A stretch of 64,000 nucleotides of DNA. Origin: Octopus vulgaris (Eukaryota). The stretch's first letter is position 1. Each line of letters starts with the position of its first letter. The notes under the pieces are model-generated. The model was not told where the DNA came from. It saw nothing but the letters and a program-made list of their open reading frames with translations, and ran no database searches. The DNA is taken from contig OX597832.1 of the NCBI GenBank assembly GCA_951406725.2, positions 65,162,001-65,226,000 on the forward strand, given 5' to 3'. Position numbers and translations under genes: made by a program. Shown one piece after another: positions 55,464 to 64,000 of the stretch.

Positions 55464-56194
55464 GATATATAATATAATATAATACAATATAATATAATAT
55501 AATATAATATAATAAATAAGAAATATTATATACAAATTACATACAATTGTTTCGATTATTACCCGTAATAATATTATAAAAATCCATGTTAAGGCTTCGC
55601 GAGAAAATCAGGTACTCCTTTGTTCATGAATTATTGTTATATTCTTTGGCATTCTATGTACTCATTCCGCTAATAAAAGATGCACTAGAAACAGCTCTAA
55701 AGAAATCACACTTATCCATCTTCCGTTACTCAGATAGTTACATATTTGTGTGTATGTATATATATATATATATAGGTACGTATGCATATATTTCTCTGTG
55801 TGTGTGTGTCTTTGAGTGTGTAGTTGCCTCCCGCTTTCGGTTGGCAACTGATTTCTTCGCATCACCGTTTCACACCGCTTCGTCGAATCTGTAACGTACT
55901 CAGCTTCAAAAAGTGGTTACCGGGTCGAATTGTTCAACTATAGTATGGACATATATTTGATTGTGGTTTTTTGTATATATATATATATATGTATAATTGT
56001 ATAATTATAATGAAGGGTATCTAAGAGATACCCTCATGCTAGAGATAGCAGTCAAAACTAGACCCTAATGAGTAATTAATACCTATAAGGTTTTTATTCC
56101 CATGCTGGCCGCTGCTATGATGGGTATTTTGAATAACGATTTTATACTTATTTATATAAAAATGATATATATACATTGATATATATATTTATAT

Positions 56195-56779
56195 TATAAT
56201 ATAAATAAATATTTTCAAGTGAAAAAATTTACAGATTTTTTTCTCTTATGAGGTTTTTCACGCTAACTATCTGATATTTTCTTATTAAGATTTTATCCTA
56301 TTTTTTAAATTTGTTCCGAACAAGCACGTTTCTTACCGAAATGCAGTTCGAAAAAGCCCACCATTTACATAAATATATGAGGGGTGAACATTTTCATATG
56401 CTACGATGGAGGCGACGGTTGTCTGTCTGGTTCCGCCTGGTATGTTGGTTTTGTTCATTCATGATATATGTTGAATTCGTTTCACTGAAGAGCAAGAGAC
56501 GTAGATAATACGTTAATTGCGAAATCACAGGTGATCTGGAACTAAATTCTGTTTTTAAATGTCTCGCTTCGAGAGCTGCATTCGGTACGATTTGTTTATT
56601 TTTGGTAGTTATGACTTTAAAAGTCCCTCCTAGCGTGTGGCATTTATGTGTATTAATGCCCTCTATATAATATAAATAAATATTTTCGAGTGAAAAAATT
56701 TACAGATTTTTTCTCTTATGAGGTTTTTCATGCTAACTATCTGATAATTTCTTAAGATGTTATCCTGTTTTTAAAATTT
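56195..56779 (+). mobile_element. retrozyme-like element: 471-nt unit plus ~115-nt terminal redundancy
   Basis: DR 56195-56312/56666-56779, central canonical HHR, TA-rich flanks. Confidence 0.75.
56473..56549 (+). ncRNA. type I hammerhead ribozyme (canonical core)
   Basis: GUUUCA-CUGAAGA-GCAA..(ACGUA/UACGU)..UUGC-GAAA-UCAC(AG)GUGA-UC|UGGAAC. Distal GAAUU/AAUUC pairing. Confidence 0.85.
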
Positions 56780-56806
56780 ATATATATATATACATATATA
56801 TATACA

Positions 56807-56855
<49 letters not shown>

Positions 56856-59017
56856 TGTGTGTGTTTGTGTGCGTGTTTTTAAAACATTTTGAATCAGCTC
56901 CATGCCACTTACATTTCATACGTTTCTCACGAACTTCAACCTCTTGGGCTTCAGTTAACCGAACAGGGAGATGCAGGAAGTTTATGATAGCTAACAGATA
57001 GATAACTAACAGTGCAAATGAACAAATCGTGTGATCAGCTTTCCAGCGGCACCAGATGAATTGAAAAGGAGTTCGTGGACCGCGTGACTGAACAAGAATC
57101 TCATGACACCTTAATGTCTGGCTGGTGTTTGTAAGAACTTATGGACGAAGTTGTGTATATGTATAAAGCAGACGTATGTGTGCCTAGGTGCGGTTGCTTG
57201 ATTCATCTGACTGCTATGCATGTGTGTATGGGGTAAGGCTCACATGTGTGTAAGCTGGCGTGTGGATGAGAGCTGGTGATAGCAGCCCGCTGGTGCGAAC
57301 GTGAGTTTGGTAGGGTGTGAGCAGTATGGTGTAATTCTGCATGTTAGAGTTGTGTTCACTTACGACGTTGTCGCATGAGAGACAGTGTTATAAAGTCAGC
57401 GACAGCACGGTAGGTTATAGGCTTATCAAGTTATCGATTATCCTTATAGAAGGAGATGACGTTTTTGTTTGGCTTGAGTATGAAGGGCTTGTTGTGGAGT
57501 CTGCAACGGTTGTGGGTGAGGCAGATTTCGCCTATGACTCAGTGGTGAGTACACGCGTGACCGAATATATGTGTGTGTGTGTGTCAGTTGTGTATATTAA
57601 ATGCTTGTGTGTATGCGTACGTATTGAGGATACATATATGTGTGTATCTGTAAGTTTATGGGTGAATGGTGAACGTGTGTATGTATATTCCTGTATTTGT
57701 TTGTATGTATATGAATATGCGTGTTTGTCTGGAGGAACATGTATGCACGTGTGCATATGATTTTATCTGCTGTGCTCGCGTGTGTTTACATATATGAGCA
57801 TGTTTTCGGTATTTATGTATGCGCGCATGACAGCTGTATGCTAACGTTCCTGTGGTGGTGGTAGAATTGAGCGTTGGATCGATGTTTTGTGGGGTTGAAG
57901 GGGAAAATTTGGTTTTGTTAGGCGAGGAAGGAGTAGAAAAGTATACGTGTATAGGTATGTGCGTATGCATTCTCCACTTATGTGGTGATAGTAGTGGGGT
58001 TTACTGGAGATTTATCAGGCTGGAAAGTTTGCTGCAGTCTGCGTAGACATCGGTGGTTAGATCCTGTCCTTGATTGTGGGGCAGTCAGTGTTGAGAAGCA
58101 ATCAATGATAAAATGGAATATCTGGGCTATCTGCAGTCATACGTATGGTCGTATAAATGTCATAAGGCGAGATCATGAGTTTGATGAATGGACAGACACC
58201 CACACACCCACACACACACACACATATATATATATGTATATGTATATATGTATGTATAGATACCGATATGTCTCTATATTTTTGTGTGTGTGTGTGCGTA
58301 TCTACGTATACATATACAGAGAGATAGATGGATAGATAGATAGTTTGAAAAATGGAGCGACATTTATATTCACCAACATACGATCACACGCGCGTGTATA
58401 TATACATCTAGATTTGTATATATTCATATATTCATACATAGCTACATATGAAAAATATCTACTCAGACACACTCAAATATACAGAATACGAGATAAAGAG
58501 AGACGGTGATAGAGAGAAAAATAGTGAACGAGCCATGAGATTGGGCGATTGACACATGATTCGTGATATTTTAAGAAATAGTAATACGTCATAAATTGAA
58601 CGGCAGAGATCAATAAAAGTGAAGGGTGAGTCATGCCTATAAGGAAATACATCGCAAATATATAGAATTCAAGAAGATTCCACATGTCTTAGTGGCAGAA
58701 ATTTGATAAAACTGAACGAGGAAGGATTTTAAAGAGTAAGCTTTGAATGATGTATTTTGCATGTGGTTCTTTCAAGTTTTTCGATTAGAAACCAGAAGAA
58801 TATATTTGTTTTTTTGTTGCGTTAATTGTGATACATTAAAAAAGATGACGTTGGCCAAACCTTTCTATCAATGTATACGTATGTATTTGATTGTCTGTCT
58901 GTTTTCTTTAATTTTTTATTTCATTTTCTCTTACATCAGCTTATTAATCTCCCTAATTGCATGTGAATTTGATGTATGTATAATGACACGCATAGGTCTG
59001 TGATCATTGGAATACGC

Positions 59018-59050
<33 letters not shown>

Positions 59051-59063
59051 AACACACACACAC

Positions 59064-59121
<58 letters not shown>

Positions 59122-59247
59122 GTATGTCTCACTGTATACATAAATACATTTCTATACATACATGTATGTGAATCTTTCTATCTTTCTATCTATCTGTGAA
59201 TCTACACATTTATCAAATCTGTCTGTCTGTCTGTCTCTCTCTTTGTA

Positions 59248-59311
<64 letters not shown>

Positions 59312-59847
59312 TCATAGATGAGAATCTGATATTCTCTGTATAGAATACACTTAGCAGTGTTCAAGTGAATTGAACTTGAGCGGGTTTAGAAATAAATGCA
59401 GAGATAAGCAAGTTAGACAGATCAATACATAAAGTTTTACTATACTAATACATGAAATGCAAAAATTGCTTATGTGTTATTATACAACGATGTCGATTTA
59501 CACAGAATTCAAATGATACAGACGATTAAAGTATTAAAAGCCCAACAGCTGTTTCTGGGGGCTCAGCAAACCTAAATAATGTTTGCAGATTGATTTCATC
59601 ATAGGAAGATACAAGTCTCCGTCTTCAGAGAAGAGATCTTGCATTTGTGATGTTATAGGAAAGAAGTTCAAAGATAAGTGGAACGTTCTTGCGTGCATAC
59701 ATATGCACATTTTTTGTTTTTTTTTGCATTCATGTAATAATTTAGTAAAACTTTATATATTGATCTATCAAACTTGCCTCTCCCCACATTCATTTCTATA
59801 CATGCATACATACATACATATATACATACATTCATATATACCTGCAT

Positions 59848-59897
<50 letters not shown>

Positions 59898-60344
59898 CAT
59901 ACGCACACACAAACACATACACACGAATGTGTATGTTTGTGGAAACTTGTACGCAATATATATCCATATATGTTAAAATGTTGAAATGTTTCTTTCTTCA
60001 AGGTTTGTGGGAAGTGTGGTGACGGTTTATTATAGAAGTTCTGTATAATTCATATATCTTACAAAATACTGGAGCTTGAGAGGGAGAAATTTCAGAAAAC
60101 TGTTCGTTGATACTACAAATATAAGACAAGGTATTTAGACAGAAAAGAAATAAAAATCAAATCACGCTAGCATCAATAACAATAATTACGACTGTGTAAT
60201 TCATTTGATGATATTTTCAGTATCTGTTAATGGACATGCGACTTTGAATAAAATTTTGGTCACACACAGTGACAAATGTAAACCCGTGCACACGTATGCA
60301 GTGGAACATCTATTCGGGTTCAGATGTATGTGTATATATATATA

Positions 60345-60514
60345 TACTTTATTAATAAAGTTGCAGAGACATTACTAAAATTATTACTCAGAGTTTGTTA
60401 GTTAGACAGTTCTGAAACAGTTCAGAAACAGTTCTGAAACAGTTCAGACGAATAGAAACTTGAATTACTCAGTAACGGTTTTTGTGATGTGTTTGCAGCT
60501 TTATCAATAAAGCA
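60345..60514. repeat. imperfect inverted repeat with central 10-bp tandem repeats
   Basis: CTTTATTAATAAAGTTGCA / TGCAGCTTTATCAATAAAG; centre (AACAGTTCWG)n. Confidence 0.7.
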
Positions 60515-60788
60515 TATTACTCTACTTCCGGTATTCGCGTACTATTCCACCCTGACTGTTTCACATTTATGTGCTTATTAATCAATTGCATTGTAACTAT
60601 AAGCATTTATGTATTTGCCATCTGGGTGCCTCACCAGCAGTATATTGGATAACTGATATCCCATAGTGGGTTACACTCATAACACCTTATGACTATATAA
60701 GAATATATATTGTTCTTATAAATATATATATATATGTATGTATATATATATATATATATATATTTGCATACACGTAACCATATATAAC

Positions 60789-60830
<42 letters not shown>

Positions 60831-61014
60831 CAAAAACAAAGACAAATTACACGAACGTATATAAACAGAAGATACAAATATTACAGGCATTTCCGCCCAC
60901 ACACACACAAATCTAAACATATACGCATAGCAAAGGAAGACACATACAATAGAAATACAAAATGGCTGACGGTTAGTGAGGAGAGACACACAAATAGAAA
61001 AGAAGAAAGCAAAG

Positions 61015-61058
61015 GACCAGTGATGTGGTCACAGGAGTGTGACGAAAGAACTCTGGCC
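61015..61058 (+). ncRNA. decayed minimal hammerhead motif
   Basis: GACCA-GUGAUGU-G-GUCAC(AGGAGU)GUGAC-GAAA-GAAC-UC|UGGCC. Confidence 0.45.
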
Positions 61059-61312
61059 GAAATAAGATTAAGATTAATGTAATAAATAAATAAGACTGAA
61101 GCAAAGTAACACCAAATATATAGTGCGTGTGTTTATATTGGCTAAACTGGCAAAATGACCATTCCGAAATACAACAATATATATATATTATACATAAGTG
61201 ATAATTATGTGTACATAGAAACATACGTACACACACTCATATATATATATACTTATATATATATATAAACACACGTTATATATACACACATATATATGCA
61301 TATGTCTAAGTG

Positions 61313-61385
<73 letters not shown>

Positions 61386-62828
61386 GTATGTATATATGTT
61401 TGAAGCGGTGGACAATTATTTTATACTGAGAAAGGAGGCAGTCAGAATTTTGTTCATCGAGCTCGTCAAGGCAAAATCAAAATGGTAAAAACAGAACTCT
61501 TCGTTGCCTACTTATATGAACTGAATTTTTTTTTTTGCTTTGTTTAGAAAGGGGAAAATGATATTGTTTTGGTTTTGCTTTGAAAATAAGGTAAAAGAGA
61601 GAAAGAAAAGCAAAGAAGGAAGAGAAAATAGACAGGGAGAAAGAACAATGATTCTTCAAGCCAATCAAGAAAAATGAAAATAATAGACGATGGGGAAGGG
61701 ATAGATAGAAACATAGGTAGATAGACAGGTAGATAGATAGATAGGTAGACAGGTAGCTAGATAGACAGATAGATACATAGACAGACAATAGCTAGATAAG
61801 TAGATAGATATATAGATAGTTCAAAGGCAATCTATAGAGTGTAAATTGTATAACAAAGCAGGGCCTGCTTAAATATATTTTTGAGTACGTTTCATTATTT
61901 TGTAGGATTTATTTCCATTTCCCTTGCTTGCTTGGATAAAAGAATTCAAAAGAGATCTTCACGATCATGTTACCACTTCATTATTACTCTTTTAATAGTA
62001 ATCATAATGGATAAAGAGAAGACATTTATATGACAATGTTACTGTTGTTGTTGAATGTTAAAATATCGTGATACTTATCTCTACAAATCATTGAGATTTT
62101 GACAACTGTTGTTCTTATAGAAGTTACATATACCTGAGAAAGAATGCTAGAACCATTTACAACTGATTAGTAAAGATGTCTAATGTAGTTACTTGGCAAA
62201 GTAATTCGTGATAAATATCTCTTTTGAATTATCTTATTCAAGCAGACAAGAAAAATGAAAAGAATCCCTAGAAAAAGATGAAAGATACTAAAAAATATAT
62301 TTAAGCTGGCCCTACTTTCTTATATAATCTATATCCTACAGAGTTGCTTCCAGCTAAATATACAATATACATGTTATTACAAAACTCATTCATGATGTTT
62401 CATCAAATGTACTTACAGAATAGATTGAATTATAAACAGTACAGAACTCAGATTATTTTACTATATTCTGACTTTATTTTCCTAATTTCTGAATGTTGTT
62501 TCTAATATTTGATGTTTGTCCGTGCAAAACAAGGAATTACTCAGAATATGGGATTTAACTATACAAATGTAAAGGAATATACGTTTTCATAGGACTTTGA
62601 ACTTTGAAACATTTTTTTACTTTTCAATGATAACCGCACCCTCCACACTTCCCATCATACTTCCTAAATTTAACATCTTGAAAGGTCACCAGAACTTGTG
62701 AGGAAATGTGTTTATCCACAAATATGTTGATAGGTATAAAATGAGAAAAGAAATAAGAGAAAAAGTGAGAAAATAGAAAAATGCTTTGTAATGAAATTTC
62801 TATGGGTTGACTACACCAAATTGAAAAG

Positions 62829-62867
<39 letters not shown>

Positions 62868-63138
62868 TATCTATCTATCTATATTTTCTCCATCTTTTAT
62901 TATTTTTTCCCTTTCCTTGATTGTTCTGAAACCTCTGCCTCTGCCTATTTTCGTCCCCTCTTTGCTTTTCCTTCTCTCCTTCTTCCTTAAATTTTTTTTC
63001 TCTTCTTCTAAACAATGCAAGAAAAAAAAAGACATCCGATTCATATAAATAAGCAACGGATTTAGTCTTGACGAGTTCAATAATCGAACGAAAGTGCTAA
63101 TAAAGAATTATCCAAAATTCTGACTGCTTCCTTTTTCT

Positions 63139-63175
<37 letters not shown>

Positions 63176-63580
63176 TGTGTGTGTGTGTAAGTGTATATAT
63201 ATATATACACAAACACACACACACACATCACACACACACACACACAAATATATATATATATGCACATTTAAATGTATGCTCTTCCCTCGTGCGAGCATTG
63301 GTTTAGATAGGCTGCACATACAATTTAGTGTGCACACACACGCACACACACCCCGTCCGCACACAGTAATACACACACATGGAAGACACATACTTAAAAA
63401 TAAAATAAAACACGCAGGCTCAATCCTAAGTAGAGAAATGTGTGTGTGTGTGTGGGGGGGGGGGAATAATGCCTCCTCTGCAAAAAATATAAACCAACCT
63501 TCTAGGAACAACTCATTAGATAAATGCACCGAATCACATTTAACATACGGTGGATACAAATAGATTTGTTGCGTGTAATA

Positions 63581-63647
<67 letters not shown>

Positions 63648-63745
63648 GCTGCTACTGCTGCTGCTGCTGCTATTTCTACTACCACCATCATCAATGCTAC
63701 CATCACCACGACCACTACCACGGCTGTCACCATTACCTCTACCAC
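63581..63745. repeat. (TAC)/(TGC)/(CAC) microsatellite
   Basis: Read directly from the sequence. Confidence 0.9.
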
Positions 63746-64000
63746 TTTCATACAATTACCATCGTAGACTTATATTTATATAGGTCCATTTACCATTTGC
63801 ATCTTCGCATTTTTATCATTTTCGCACATACGTTTCTATACATACATACAAATATAATCATATATATGCATACACATATACTTAGATAAAACTCGTGCAT
63901 ACACTTACAGACAGGCAGACAGATAGTCAGACAGACATACATATATATAGGAGTGTGCACTGGAACACACATGATTAGTTATAAGGAATATGTCTAGTGG

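Noticed and set aside
56060-56095. CTAATGA-GTA..TAC as a hammerhead
   Set aside because: GAAA is absent and the stems are too short.

Overview
AT-rich animal non-coding DNA with very dense microsatellites. The repeat landscape resembles an octopus genome; that is an inference from the tRNA-SINE families and the (TA)n/(TAA)n/(TCTA)n density. No host exon can be supported, and almost all listed ORFs are microsatellite read-throughs. Real coding sequence is transposon-derived: a young Penelope-like element (Neptune-type RT + GIY-YIG, 42060-47461) with pseudo-LTRs and hammerhead motifs, a decayed Hero-like RLE LINE (16450-19830, minus strand), R4/Dong-like fragments in (TAA)n, Tc1/mariner remnants, a non-autonomous Helitron and three SINE families. 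Two results stand out. (1) More than a dozen hammerhead-ribozyme (HHR) motifs, intact or decayed, sit in small non-coding cassettes inserted mostly in (TA)n. They occur as tail-out inverted pairs or as retrozyme-like direct repeats. (2) The 3' UTR of the Hero-like LINE holds all hammerhead core elements in a scrambled, pseudoknotted strand order that matches none of types I/II/III. All pairings were read by eye and none was tested computationally.
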